Shown here: one piece after another, positions 9,866-20,487 of the stretch
Layout: every line of letters starts with the position of its first letter
How positions within the stretch are numbered: position 1 is the stretch's first letter
Origin: an uncultured Acidobacteriota bacterium
GTDB lineage: Bacteria > Acidobacteriota > Thermoanaerobaculia > Multivoradales > JAHEKO01
Length of the DNA stretch: 64,000 nucleotides
Reading direction: 5' to 3'
NCBI GenBank assembly: GCA_963713825.1
Contig: CAVQNG010000001.1
Span: 96,001 to 160,000 of the forward strand
The notes under the pieces: model-generated
What the model saw: the letters and a program-made list of their open reading frames with translations, nothing else
What the model was told of the DNA's origin: nothing
Databases searched by the model: none
Position numbers and translations under genes: made by a program

Positions 9866-11239
9866 ATGAGCACGACACGAAGAGGATTCATCACAGGCTG
9901 CTCCGCGGCTGTCGCGGCATACGCAGGCACTAGTTTCAACACCCTGGCATTCGGTGATCCCGGACACAACGAAGAGATCCTGGTAACGCTCTTTTTGCGC
10001 GGCGGGATCGATGGCCTCAACATGGTGATGCCGATAGCCGGCGCCGACCGCGGACACTATGTCTCGGCGCGGCCCAATATTGCGGTCCCCACCAGCGGTT
10101 CGAACGCGGCGCTGGCGCTCAACTCCCAGCTCGGTGTCCATCCGGCCGCCGGAACCGGACCGAGCGGCGCTCCCTCGACATTCTTCAATCTCTATCAGGA
10201 CGGCAAGGTGGTTTTCATCCCCGCCTGCGGCATGCACGAGGAGAACCGATCGCACTTCGACTCGATGAACTTCATGGAGCTTGGCACTCCGGGGACCTTG
10301 TCTACCGGCACGGGCTGGCTGACGCGACACCTGCAGTCCGCCAAGAACCTCCCTGGCGAGATCATCATGCCGGCCCTGGCCGCCGGTAATCTGCAGCAGA
10401 ACTCGCTGCGCGGCAGCATCGAAACGATCAACATGAGCGATCCGGACAGTTTCTCCCTAGAGGTGGGGCCCTGGGAGTGGAGGAGCGCTCAGAGAGTCGC
10501 ACTTCGACATCTCTACAACGGCACCAGCTGGTTGCATGAGTCGGGCATCGAGACGCTCGACGCCGTCGACATCATCGAGCTCAATGGTGGAAGTGGCGGC
10601 TACACCCCAGGGAACGGAGCTGTTTACCCAGGGGGCAATCTGGCGGAGCACCTCCAGACCGTGGCGCGCATGATCAAGCTCGATCTCGGGCTGCGAGTTG
10701 CGACCGTCGACTTCGGGGGTTGGGACACGCACAATGGACAGGGTGACGACGGCGGCGGTTACTTCTACGGCCATGCGGAGGAGCTGCTGAGCGCGTTGGC
10801 AGCCTTCTATACGGATCTGGACGGATCTGGCAGCTCGAACTACACGCAACGCTTGACCGTGGTTGTCATGAGTGAGTTCGGTCGCCGGCTGAGAGAGAAC
10901 GATGACCGGGGCACCGACCACGGGCATGGGAGCTTCGTTCTGGTGATGTCTGGCAACGCCCTCGGCGGGGTGAAGGGAACCTGGCCGGGTCTGGCCAACC
11001 ATCAGCTTTTCGACGGCGCCGATCTGGCGGTGACGACCGACTATCGACGCGTGTTGAGCGAGATCCTGATACGGCGATTGCAGAACACGAATCTTGGAGT
11101 AGTGTTCCCTGGCTATACCGACTACGAGCCCCTGGGAGTGGTGTCCGGTCCGGATCTCCCGCCGGTCTACGAGCCGCCGATCTTCGAGAGTGGGTTCGAG
11201 TCCGGTGACATGTCGGACTGGTCGACAGCGACCCCCTGA
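9866..11239 (+). CDS. DUF1501 family protein, Tat-exported, with GFESG tail
   Basis: TRRGFI signal; LRGGIDGL, RSHF, GGWDTH, SEFGRR, GTDHGHG; ends IFESGFESGDMSDWSTATP. Confidence 0.9.
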   Translation: MSTTRRGFITGCSAAVAAYAGTSFNTLAFGDPGHNEEILVTLFLRGGIDGLNMVMPIAGADRGHYVSARPNIAVPTSGSNAALALNSQLGVHPAAGTGPSGAPSTFFNLYQDGKVVFIPACGMHEENRSHFDSMNFMELGTPGTLSTGTGWLTRHLQSAKNLPGEIIMPALAAGNLQQNSLRGSIETINMSDPDSFSLEVGPWEWRSAQRVALRHLYNGTSWLHESGIETLDAVDIIELNGGSGGYTPGNGAVYPGGNLAEHLQTVARMIKLDLGLRVATVDFGGWDTHNGQGDDGGGYFYGHAEELLSALAAFYTDLDGSGSSNYTQRLTVVVMSEFGRRLRENDDRGTDHGHGSFVLVMSGNALGGVKGTWPGLANHQLFDGADLAVTTDYRRVLSEILIRRLQNTNLGVVFPGYTDYEPLGVVSGPDLPPVYEPPIFESGFESGDMSDWSTATP

Positions 11240-11268
11240 TTTGGCTCGCGCTCGGCTCCTTCCGGAGC

Positions 11269-13413
11269 CTATCCTGAGACCGTGACCGTGAGCATGCTGG
11301 AAGAGACTTCGCCAGACTCTGGGTCGGTTGCAGTGATCCTCAGTTCGTAGTCACCGGCCTCTAGAGGGCCGAGCCCGAGGGTGGCAGCCCATTGAGCCAT
11401 GGTCGGGTCTGCGGAGAGCCTGCGATCTCCGACGTTGAACGAAATTCCCTCGACCGGATCGCCATTGAGCGTCAGGAGCTCGGCGGTCATCTGCACCGAT
11501 TCTCCAAGACTGTACCCGGCGAGAATGAGAGGAGTGCTCTGGCCGGGCTCGAGAACCGGTCTGACCGCCGGAATGAAGGGCTCTCCTTGAATCATGAACG
11601 GGTAGTCGTGGGTCGTCTCCTCGGCGCGCTGTCCACGGACGATCAGCCATTTGCCGGCCGGTTCCGGAAACATGGGTGCCAAGAGAGCCGGTTCCTGCTG
11701 CCTGGCATCCGGGACGCGAAAAGGAAAGACCGAGACTCCAGAAAGACCGGTTGCTGCGTTGCGAACCAGGATCCTGGCCATGTAGCCTCCTGGTGGCAGC
11801 TCGAACTGGTTCCAGAACTTGAAGCCCGTGGTCTGAAGAGTCGGACCCGCCTTGGCGATATCGATACCGACGACCTGATTGAAGAAATCCCGTACCTGGC
11901 CGTCCTCAGCAACGGCGTAGGCGTAGATCTCGGTTGAAACCGTGCTACCTGGATTGCCCTTGAGAAGGTCATCGCCGCGAATCTCGATCAGGGTAGGCAC
12001 GTAGGCCAGCTCCTGAGCGATCTCGAACGGTGCTGCCAATGCCGCTGTCCCGACGAGTCCGCTGGAATCACCGTAGAGGAGGGATGCGGCCGAGAAGATC
12101 CGCTCCCGCTGAGAGACGTCAGAGTAGGGCTTGGGAGCGAAGTATCCAGGCCTGTAGTTCAGTCGGGCACCTTTGGGGTCGCCTTTGAGCTTGACCTTCA
12201 ATTTGTGAAACTCGCCATCGAGCTTCAGGTCATCGGCCTGGAAGGCCAGTACGTACGTGACGCTGGTGCGGTCCAGCATCTTCTCCATTGCTACTGTCAG
12301 ATTGTTGAAGTTCTCGAAGAACTCGCCACCGGTCCCATCGGCCATCATGAACAGACCTTGCTTGTTTTCGCGACGTGGTCGGACATCGGAACCCGCCCGC
12401 AGCCCGCCTATGTCTACGGCCTGAATCACGGTGTCGGCCCGTACGAACTCTTGCAGCATTCGTCCGAGATCGTTCTGAGTCGAGGTGTCGCCGAATCGCA
12501 GGTTACTGTCCACATCCTGATAGTCACCGTAGGCAGCCGCGTCATTCTGTCTTTGGATCGCCTGCTGTTCCTCGCGTGTGGAACCACCGCCCTGGCCGAG
12601 CACGATCGAGCTGTTGAAGCCCTCTGAGAGGTAGACGAGGTACTTTCGGCCGTCGACGCTTTGCAGCAGCTCGGCGACCTCCGTCATGGAACTGGCCAGG
12701 GCGAGGATGTCGTTCCTGTCACTGGCCCGACGAGAGGAGGTCTCCATCCGAGTGACCGCTTCGCGAACTTCCGCCTCGACATCGATGCCACCGCGGCCAG
12801 GACTCGGCGTTGCGGTGGTTCCCCAGGACTCGGGCATGTTGGCAAACGTCAGGCCCAGTGGGTCTCGACGAGATTCGACCAACTGAGGCAGCCCCAAGGT
12901 GTCGATCGCCACCTCGACCTGACGGCGATCCGAGGTGAAACCGAGAATGAGCTTGGAGCCGCTGGAAGCGGAGTAGGTGGCGACTCCCACCAAGTCCGTC
13001 GGATTCAGACCGGTCGACACGAGCTCCTTGGCCGCGTGCCGGGCGCGGACGATGGAGCCGGGGTCGGAAAAGGAAAGATCGAAAAACAACATGAAGTGGC
13101 GCTGGGCCGCAGCGGGGATGGGAGTTGCCATTCGGCTGGGATCGCTCTCGGAGATCGACAGGTCATAGACGTCGAAACCAATCAGATCCCGGCGTTTCCT
13201 ACCGTCAATGACCTCGAAGTTCTCTGCGGTAAGTCCACGTACAGGTCGACCATCCTTCGTTACTTGTACTGGCACCTCGACTACGATCACCTCGGCCACG
13301 TCCGCATATCGGGCTTCTTGTCCGACGATGGGAAGTGAGCTTGCGACCAGCAGGCAGGTCGAGAAGGCAAGGAGACTTCCAAGGCAGGTTGTCGGATTTG
13401 AATGTATTCGCAT
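11269..13413 (-). CDS. Acidobacterial VWFA-related (VWA) domain protein, secreted
   Basis: Start refined to ATG 13413 (CAGGAG RBS); V.V..KDGRPVRGLTAENFEV, FFDLSFS MIDAS-like motif, GRKYLVYLSEG, YVLAF. Confidence 0.85.
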   Translation of the reverse strand: MRIHSNPTTCLGSLLAFSTCLLVASSLPIVGQEARYADVAEVIVVEVPVQVTKDGRPVRGLTAENFEVIDGRKRRDLIGFDVYDLSISESDPSRMATPIPAAAQRHFMLFFDLSFSDPGSIVRARHAAKELVSTGLNPTDLVGVATYSASSGSKLILGFTSDRRQVEVAIDTLGLPQLVESRRDPLGLTFANMPESWGTTATPSPGRGGIDVEAEVREAVTRMETSSRRASDRNDILALASSMTEVAELLQSVDGRKYLVYLSEGFNSSIVLGQGGGSTREEQQAIQRQNDAAAYGDYQDVDSNLRFGDTSTQNDLGRMLQEFVRADTVIQAVDIGGLRAGSDVRPRRENKQGLFMMADGTGGEFFENFNNLTVAMEKMLDRTSVTYVLAFQADDLKLDGEFHKLKVKLKGDPKGARLNYRPGYFAPKPYSDVSQRERIFSAASLLYGDSSGLVGTAALAAPFEIAQELAYVPTLIEIRGDDLLKGNPGSTVSTEIYAYAVAEDGQVRDFFNQVVGIDIAKAGPTLQTTGFKFWNQFELPPGGYMARILVRNAATGLSGVSVFPFRVPDARQQEPALLAPMFPEPAGKWLIVRGQRAEETTHDYPFMIQGEPFIPAVRPVLEPGQSTPLILAGYSLGESVQMTAELLTLNGDPVEGISFNVGDRRLSADPTMAQWAATLGLGPLEAGDYELRITATDPESGEVSSSMLTVTVSG

Positions 13414-13614
13414 CGTTCTCTCCTGAAAGAGAGTAGGGATTCGGCGGTGGTGTAGCAGCAGTCGAAATCCGCGCCTCAGTTGGATGAGAGCCAGAAGACT
13501 CTCCAGTCGGAATAACCCTATCAGTAGTGACTCGTTCGGTTCGTGACCGCTGCGGGAACGCGTCAACCGAGGTGTTCGATCGGATTCTCGAAAGGCGCAG
13601 AGGGAAGATCTGTT

Positions 13615-13686
13615 TATCGCTGTATAGCATTATAGTGGTATAGTACTATTGACATATAAAAGTATAGTATTATAGTGTTATCCAAA
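13615..13686. repeat. Nine contiguous 8-bp units, each starting TAT (consensus TATAGnnn); putative operator array
   Basis: tatcgctg tatagcat tatagtgg tatagtac tattgaca tataaaag tatagtat tatagtgt tatccaaa; AT-rich island in GC-rich DNA. Confidence 0.8.
13649..13676 (+). promoter_or_regulatory. Sigma70-type promoter embedded in the 8-bp array
   Basis: TTGACA (13649-13654), 16-bp spacer, TATAGT (13671-13676). Confidence 0.7.
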
Positions 13687-13725
13687 CAGAGTGAACTGCA
13701 TCAGAACCGAGGAGGGCTGCGCCGG

Positions 13726-14205
13726 ATGACAGATCACCACCAGGAGCTCGAGAATGAGATTCGCAAGCAGAGTCACCTGCTGGCACTAGCGTGGAGAAAG
13801 GGGCATGCGGCCAAGGTTCTCGATGCATTGGCCGAAGTCGAGCCGATGGCCTGCTCGCTAATGGCCATCCTGATCCATGACCAGCTGACGCGATGGTCCC
13901 CGTATGACTGTCGCTGGCCGATGAGCTTCTGGAGAGCTGTGCTGGATCGATCGATGATGGGTATCGCCGGCCGGCAGCTGCAGGCACTGGGATCGGAGTA
14001 TCGAGAGCGGTTCGGCACCGAGCCCCCTCCGATCGAAGGGGAAGGCAGGAGTCAGCACGATCCCGAGGAGTCCACCCGCAGGGTGGCGTGTCAGGCGGAG
14101 ACGATTCGCCGCGCCCTGGAGACCGGTGCGCCGTTGATCCCTCCACGACCACCCGAACGGGCGCCGGATCAGTTCCTCAGGGGCAGTCAGGAGGGAGCAC
14201 GATGA
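13726..14205 (+). CDS. Hypothetical protein
   Basis: GGAGG RBS before ATG 13726; ATGA-coupled to the next gene; no recognisable family. Confidence 0.6.
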   Translation: MTDHHQELENEIRKQSHLLALAWRKGHAAKVLDALAEVEPMACSLMAILIHDQLTRWSPYDCRWPMSFWRAVLDRSMMGIAGRQLQALGSEYRERFGTEPPPIEGEGRSQHDPEESTRRVACQAETIRRALETGAPLIPPRPPERAPDQFLRGSQEGAR

Positions 14206-14501
14206 GCACGATGCAGCCTCAGTTCGACGGCATTGTGGCCGGAATCGAGAAGGACCCTGAGCACGGTGCGGTCCTTCACCGTGTCTTGGAGGACTACCCA
14301 GACGAGTTGGCGATGAAGATCCTCACGACTGCCATGCGTCGGGGTGTCATTACGGCGAGTGAGGCCTTCCATGTGGTTAGAGAAGGCGATCTGGATCTCA
14401 AGCAGACGGTCGAAGCGGTGGCGATGCTCGCAAAGCGTCGGGGATGCCTGACTGAAGAGGTCGTTCTGGAGGCGCTGGGCGCCCACGCGGAAGCGGTCTA
14501 A
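14202..14501 (+). CDS. Hypothetical helical protein (99 aa)
   Basis: GGAGGGAG RBS; ATG overlaps the upstream TGA. Confidence 0.65.
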   Translation: MSTMQPQFDGIVAGIEKDPEHGAVLHRVLEDYPDELAMKILTTAMRRGVITASEAFHVVREGDLDLKQTVEAVAMLAKRRGCLTEEVVLEALGAHAEAV

Positions 14502-14592
14502 TCAACACCTGCGGCGTCAAGAGGGAGGCCGAGGCGTCGGCCTTGTGCGTCTTCCGCGCCTGCTAGGTGAAGAACGCGAGGAGAAGTGATTC

Positions 14593-14841
14593 TTGAGCCC
14601 TGATGAGCAAGCCGGTAGGCCCGGTAAGGCCAGTAGCTCCAAGGCCGGTAGACCACCCAAGGGCTCGCGATTGGGTCCTCGCGGAGGAGAGACGACCGTA
14701 ACTCCTGGAGGATTGACGAGGATCAGTGCCTATCTCGACGGTGAAGAGCGCGACGCCGTACGCCGCAGGGCATTCGAGGACGATAGGAGCATCAGCGATG
14801 TCATTCGTTCGGCGCTGCGATCCTATCTCCGAATCGACTGA
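14593..14841 (+). CDS. Ribbon-helix-helix (CopG/Arc/MetJ-like) DNA-binding protein
   Basis: TRISAYL beta-strand followed by ERDAVRRRA...SISDVIRSALRSYL helices; GAGGAG RBS; N-terminal GRP motifs. Confidence 0.75.
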   Translation: MSPDEQAGRPGKASSSKAGRPPKGSRLGPRGGETTVTPGGLTRISAYLDGEERDAVRRRAFEDDRSISDVIRSALRSYLRID

Positions 14842-14901
14842 TCCGGCTGTCCAGACGCCGACAGGCGCCTAACAACGATCTGGCTCAAAAGATCGAGAAT
14901 C

Positions 14902-15726
<825 letters not shown>

Positions 15727-15798
15727 CGCTCGAACAGTATCGCACGGAGGATGTGGCGTACGAATTCAGGCTTGGTGCCTCGATCGACTCGAGGCAGT

Positions 15799-16935
15799 CT
15801 ACTGCTGCGAGCTCGACCACGAGCTCGAGTCGCCTGACTCGAATCCGTCACTGAAGATCGCCTCTGCCGCCACATTGAAGAGATTCGGGCGATAGTGCTC
15901 GAGAGAACACCGCGTTCGCCGGGTTTGCTCGACGGAGAACTCTTCCATGCACAGGTCGTCGGTGTAGTCCATGTAGTTGTGGAAGGGATCCGAGGTGCTG
16001 CAACTGCTTGCACTCGCGGGGCAGCCGAAATTGGGGGATGCTTGCGGCAGCGTGTCACAGACGAGATCGCCATCGCTGTAGCAGCCCGGGGCGGTCTGAC
16101 TACCGCAGGAGCCCTGCGGATTGAAGGTGTGTTCCAGGCCGAGGTAGTGTCCGACTTCGTGAGTGGCCGTCCGGCCCTGATCGTAGGGTACAGCGTCCGC
16201 ATCGCGGCCGAACGCCGACCAGAGAATGACCACACGGTCAAACAACTCACCCACCAAGGCTCCTCCAGAGTCAGCCGGCAGGAAAGGAACATAGCCGAGG
16301 GCACCGCTAGCAGTGTTCGTGTAGATGTTCATATACCGATTGGGATCCCATGCGAGGGTATTCCAGTAATTGCCGCCATCGTTGTAGTAGGTGGTGTTGC
16401 AGGTACGTGTAATGCCGTTGGTCGGCTGACCGGTCGGCGTCTCGTCGGCGAGCCTGAATTGAACCTGGGCATCGGTTCCTAAAGACCCATTGCTGCCGGC
16501 GAGGGCGAGGAAGTCTTCATTCAGGATGTCGATCTGACTCTGCACCATGGCATCGGAAATGACGCCGTTGGTGCAGGAGTTGTCCATCAAGATGTGCACG
16601 ACCACTGAGATCTCGAGCAAAGACCCCGGGGCGTAGTCAGTCGTGGGATTTGTCGAGCTCGAAGAACAATCTGAAGGCACCGGGGCACTGGTCGATCCGA
16701 AGAGCATTTCCCGCATTTCTCGGTCAGGGGTCCCACACCGGAGTCCATTGGCTCGGAAGTACTCGGACTGGACATAGGCCGACCAACTATCGAAGGTCAG
16801 GCCCTCGATCGTGATTGGCTGATCGCCTCTTGTGGAGCTTGCTGCGCCAGCAGCACTCGGCATTTGTAGAGCCAGGGCCAGAGCAAACATGGCAGCGGCT
16901 ACGGTCGGCGATGATTTGTGGTCTCTCATTCTCAA
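15799..16935 (-). CDS. M43 (pappalysin/ulilysin-like) zinc metalloprotease with GFESG tail
   Basis: Signal; RCGT cysteine switch; HEVGHYLGLEH; NYMDY Met-turn; ends IFSDGFESGDSSSWSSSQQ. Confidence 0.9.
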   Translation of the reverse strand: MRMRDHKSSPTVAAAMFALALALQMPSAAGAASSTRGDQPITIEGLTFDSWSAYVQSEYFRANGLRCGTPDREMREMLFGSTSAPVPSDCSSSSTNPTTDYAPGSLLEISVVVHILMDNSCTNGVISDAMVQSQIDILNEDFLALAGSNGSLGTDAQVQFRLADETPTGQPTNGITRTCNTTYYNDGGNYWNTLAWDPNRYMNIYTNTASGALGYVPFLPADSGGALVGELFDRVVILWSAFGRDADAVPYDQGRTATHEVGHYLGLEHTFNPQGSCGSQTAPGCYSDGDLVCDTLPQASPNFGCPASASSCSTSDPFHNYMDYTDDLCMEEFSVEQTRRTRCSLEHYRPNLFNVAAEAIFSDGFESGDSSSWSSSQQ

Positions 16936-17087
16936 TGTACAGGCTCCTGTTGCTCTAGTTTGTGTTCTTGCCAGGCGACAGATCCCTCACCTCTCGGCGA
17001 GCGCACAGCACTGCGGGCGCTGCGGGGCTGCACAGCCTACTATCCGAGAAACCGGCATGCAAGGGACTTGCGACAGCCCGTTCGGCG

Positions 17088-18083
17088 TCAGCCGAGAATC
17101 GATCGAAGTGTCTCGAGGCTGATCTTCGCTCCGCTGAGAACGAGAACGACACGCTTGCCCCGGAAGTGATCGATCTGTTTCAGGAATGCCGCCACCGAGA
17201 GGGCGGCCGCTCCCTCGATGAGCAGGTAGTGCTTCTCGAGAATATGGCAGATCGCCTGCCGGATCTCCTCTTCGCTGACGAGGATGAAGCGATCGACCTT
17301 CTCTTGACAGATGGGGAAGGTGATGGCGTCACGCTCGATTCCGCCGGCCGCGCCGTCTGCCAGTGTCGGTTCGGACGCCAGCTCGAGAAGCCGTCCTGCT
17401 TGGATCGAATGATGCATGACAGCGGAGTTGGTCGGCTGGCAGCCAAGAATCTCGACCTCGGGGCTCGCTGACTTGAGGGCGCCTGCGATACCCGCGATCA
17501 GACCGCCACCCCCAACGGGAACGACCACGGCATCGACAGCTCCCAGTTGGCGCTCGATCTCGAGGCCGACCGTGCCCTGACCGGCGACGATCTGTCGGTC
17601 GTTGTACGGGGACATGTAGAAGCGACCGCTCTGCTCAGCCACCTGGCGAGCCCGATTCTCGGCTTCAACGCCGTCCTCTCCATGCAGCTCGAGAGTGGCC
17701 TCGAGCCGTTCGAGCGCGCCGAGCTTTGCCGCTGAGATGGTGTGGGGAACGTATACCGTTCCGGGCCATCCGAGCTCGCGAAGGAGGTAGGCGACCGCGG
17801 ATCCATGATTTCCGGTCGAGGCCGTGACGATACCGGCTCGAGCCTCCTCCGAGCTCAGAGTCAGCAGCCTATTGGCGGCCCCCCGAAGCTTGAAGGAACC
17901 GGTTGTCTGGAGGTTTTCCAGCTTGAGGTACACCTCGGCGCCCGCGAGTTGGCTCAGCCAGGCTGACGGTTCCAGAGGAGTTTCGCGGATGTATCCTTGA
18001 ATTCGAGCCGCGGCTTCTTGGCTGTCCCGTCGGATCTGCTCGACCGTCAACTCTCCTTGTCCTGTCAACTCACCATTCTCCAA
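17088..18083 (-). CDS. Threonine/serine dehydratase family PLP enzyme (no ACT domain)
   Basis: KLENLQTTGSFKLRGA, ASTGNHG, VGGGGLIAG. Confidence 0.9.
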   Translation of the reverse strand: MENGELTGQGELTVEQIRRDSQEAAARIQGYIRETPLEPSAWLSQLAGAEVYLKLENLQTTGSFKLRGAANRLLTLSSEEARAGIVTASTGNHGSAVAYLLRELGWPGTVYVPHTISAAKLGALERLEATLELHGEDGVEAENRARQVAEQSGRFYMSPYNDRQIVAGQGTVGLEIERQLGAVDAVVVPVGGGGLIAGIAGALKSASPEVEILGCQPTNSAVMHHSIQAGRLLELASEPTLADGAAGGIERDAITFPICQEKVDRFILVSEEEIRQAICHILEKHYLLIEGAAALSVAAFLKQIDHFRGKRVVLVLSGAKISLETLRSILG

Positions 18084-18110
18084 ATCTAGATTTCTGATAC
18101 CGAGTGAGAT

Positions 18111-19424
18111 TCAGTCCTGACCGGCAAATTCAGCTCGGGTTGCTTTGGAAGTGAGCTCGATTCGATGCGGCAGATGACTGCCCTGGATCCAGACGGTGTG
18201 TTGGCGATCGAGACTCTTGCGCAGCTCCGTAACTGCTTGTTCAATGCGATTGAAGGAGGAGATGTCGATGGCCTTGCCCCAGGCCGTGTCGACCCGCACC
18301 GGGCGCCTGCCCTCCGACACCGTGACAGCCGAGGGCCGACCGGTCCACCAGATCCACAGAGGTACCCTGAGATCGCGCAAGAACTGACGAACCTCTTCGA
18401 CCTGATAGGCGCTGGTGTCGGTGGCATCGTGGCCGAGGACGAGAATGACCGCTCTTGGACGGCCACCCGTAGCGGCCTCGATCCCGGCGACGGCCAGGGC
18501 ATCGGTGACTCTCCTGTCGCCGGTCTCCTCCGGGACGCTCACCCTGGTGAGCAGCCACGCCAGATCACCCTGATCCGCGGTGAAGGGCTGCGAGAGGGTG
18601 AACAGTTTCGAGCCATTGTCTTCGGCAGGAGACTTCTTCGCATGAGGAAACAAGAATAGGACCTCTTCACCCTTGCGCAGCGGGGTCCTGCCAGCGCTGG
18701 CTCCTCCGGTGACGGTTGCGAGCTCTCGTAAGGAATCCTTGGCAGTTTCATCGATGACCATGACGATGCGGGCGGGGGAGCGCTCGACACCGACCACATC
18801 CATCGCGCTACCGTCCTTCTCGAACCAGCCCTCCAGGTCTTGAATCGACGATTGCGATCCGCGAGACAGTTCGAGTACCAGGCCTGTGAGGTCGATTTCG
18901 GCGCCAAACCCCAGTCGAGTTCCGAAGCTCAACTCTGCTGCGTAGTGCGCTCCGTCTGGAAACTTGAGATCCGCTTCGAGTACATGGAGCTCCTCTGGGT
19001 TGTAGTCGGGCAGGCGAATGGTCCCGATGCCGTCGTAGGGCACGTCACGGCCATCGAACCGAAGTCGGATCGAGTCGGCCTGATCGAACTCGATGTGCCG
19101 CCACAGCAATTGCGCGGTATCGGGGCGCTTCGGATCCTCACCCTCGAGCAGAAAGGCGACTTCTGCTCGGGATCGCGGTAGGTTGATCCATTGAACAGCT
19201 CTATCCTGGACCTCGCCACGGTCATTGACGAACAGGGCCTCCAACTTGTGAGGCTCGAGCTGCGGTCCAAGATTGCACTCGAAAGACCAGGGTGGCGCCG
19301 ATTTGCGAGCGATTTCCACCCCGTCCAGTTGGAGAACGACTGCAGTTGGGTTCCCTTCGACGATGAGATCGACCTGCTTCGGCCCGAGTACCAAGCCGAG
19401 AAACAGCGTCGCGAAAGCGATCAT
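18111..19424 (-). CDS. Conserved hypothetical protein (Ig-like + degenerate VWA-like)
   Basis: 437-aa ORF; hydrophobic N-terminus MIAFATLFLGLVLG; DALAVAG...RAVILVL resembles the VWA C-terminal part. Confidence 0.6.
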   Translation of the reverse strand: MIAFATLFLGLVLGPKQVDLIVEGNPTAVVLQLDGVEIARKSAPPWSFECNLGPQLEPHKLEALFVNDRGEVQDRAVQWINLPRSRAEVAFLLEGEDPKRPDTAQLLWRHIEFDQADSIRLRFDGRDVPYDGIGTIRLPDYNPEELHVLEADLKFPDGAHYAAELSFGTRLGFGAEIDLTGLVLELSRGSQSSIQDLEGWFEKDGSAMDVVGVERSPARIVMVIDETAKDSLRELATVTGGASAGRTPLRKGEEVLFLFPHAKKSPAEDNGSKLFTLSQPFTADQGDLAWLLTRVSVPEETGDRRVTDALAVAGIEAATGGRPRAVILVLGHDATDTSAYQVEEVRQFLRDLRVPLWIWWTGRPSAVTVSEGRRPVRVDTAWGKAIDISSFNRIEQAVTELRKSLDRQHTVWIQGSHLPHRIELTSKATRAEFAGQD

Positions 19425-19467
19425 GGCGGCCTATCTGTGAGACCAGAAGAGGGACACCGCCACGACT

Positions 19468-19563
19468 TCAGCCTCTCTTGATGCGGCTGCCAATGGCGAT
19501 GATGGCGGCGAAGAAGACACCGATGACCAGAATCAGGATGATCTCTTGGAATCCTACCGGCAA
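19468..19563 (-). CDS. Unannotated 31-aa single-TM small protein (TatA-like N-terminus)
   Basis: GAGGAGG RBS then TTG; MPVGFQEIILILVIGVFFAAIIAIGSRIKRG*; below the ORF-track cutoff. Confidence 0.65.
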   Translation of the reverse strand: MPVGFQEIILILVIGVFFAAIIAIGSRIKRG

Positions 19564-19596
19564 GTCTGACCTCCTCGTGAGCTCCCGACGGGCGAG

Positions 19597-19866
19597 TCAG
19601 AGGCGGATGAGAATTCGTTTGTACCAGGGGACGCCCATCTCCTTGAGCTCCTGCCGCCGATCGTGGAGCAGTCGCTTGTCCTCCTGCCGAGCCAGCTTCT
19701 GCAGGAAGGCGCTACCTTCAGACTGGTGACAGTCTTTGTACTTCTTGTTGCTACCGCAGGGACAGGGCTCGTTGCGTCCTATCTTGGCGACGTGGCGCGG
19801 GGCCGGCACGTTCGAAAAACCGGGCCACACCACTTTTGAATGGTGCTTGATTCCTCGCCTGGACAT
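19597..19866 (-). CDS. SEC-C metal-binding motif protein
   Basis: [20 protein letters not shown]. Confidence 0.85.
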   Translation of the reverse strand: MSRRGIKHHSKVVWPGFSNVPAPRHVAKIGRNEPCPCGSNKKYKDCHQSEGSAFLQKLARQEDKRLLHDRRQELKEMGVPWYKRILIRL

Positions 19867-20010
19867 AACGAGCTCCTCTTCTGGCTGGCGGCGAACGTCA
19901 GATTCACCGCGCTGGATCCCGTCAATGCTAACGCATTGCCGGTCCCTGCCGGCTCCGACTGGGGGAAATTCGAGGTAGGACCCCGGATTCCGGACCCGAG
20001 ATGGCTGGGG

Positions 20011-20436
20011 TCAGTCCGACTCGATGCTCAATCTGCGAGCGTAGTCGAGCAGCATCTGTTGCAGAACGGTGGGAGCTTGACTGTCGGGGTCTTCGATCCA
20101 ACGCGACGCAACGCGTACGTTGGCAGCGTAGGGTGCACGATACTCGAACAGGTCGATACGGCCGTGAGGAAGCCCGTTCGGGCTGACGAAGAGAGGCAAG
20201 CCGAAGCGGTCGGGGCTCTCGGAGATCCAGAGGCGTCCAGCAGCCTCTTCGGTCGAGTCCTCGCACACGAGGCCTGATTCGAGCAGAGCTTCCTTCATCG
20301 ATTCGTCCTCCGTCATCGATTCGACCTCACCAACTGCAGGGCAGAGTAGCTGGGAATCACCGGTCGAGTCAGTGATCGTGGGCGCCAGATTGGATGCAGG
20401 ATGCGCCAGGCGAGTAGGAGTCTTGGATTCCGTCAT
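20011..20436 (-). CDS. Hypothetical protein
   Basis: Fills the gap in a minus-strand gene run; no motif recognised. Confidence 0.45.
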   Translation of the reverse strand: MTESKTPTRLAHPASNLAPTITDSTGDSQLLCPAVGEVESMTEDESMKEALLESGLVCEDSTEEAAGRLWISESPDRFGLPLFVSPNGLPHGRIDLFEYRAPYAANVRVASRWIEDPDSQAPTVLQQMLLDYARRLSIESD

Positions 20437-20487
20437 CGTTTGGGACCCTCAGGATATCACCTGGCCAGCAAGTCGTCTCTGCGAGGG

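Noticed and set aside
13615-13686. AT-rich repeats as a CRISPR array or replication origin
   Set aside because: Units are 8 bp with no spacers; no cas or rep genes and no DnaA boxes nearby
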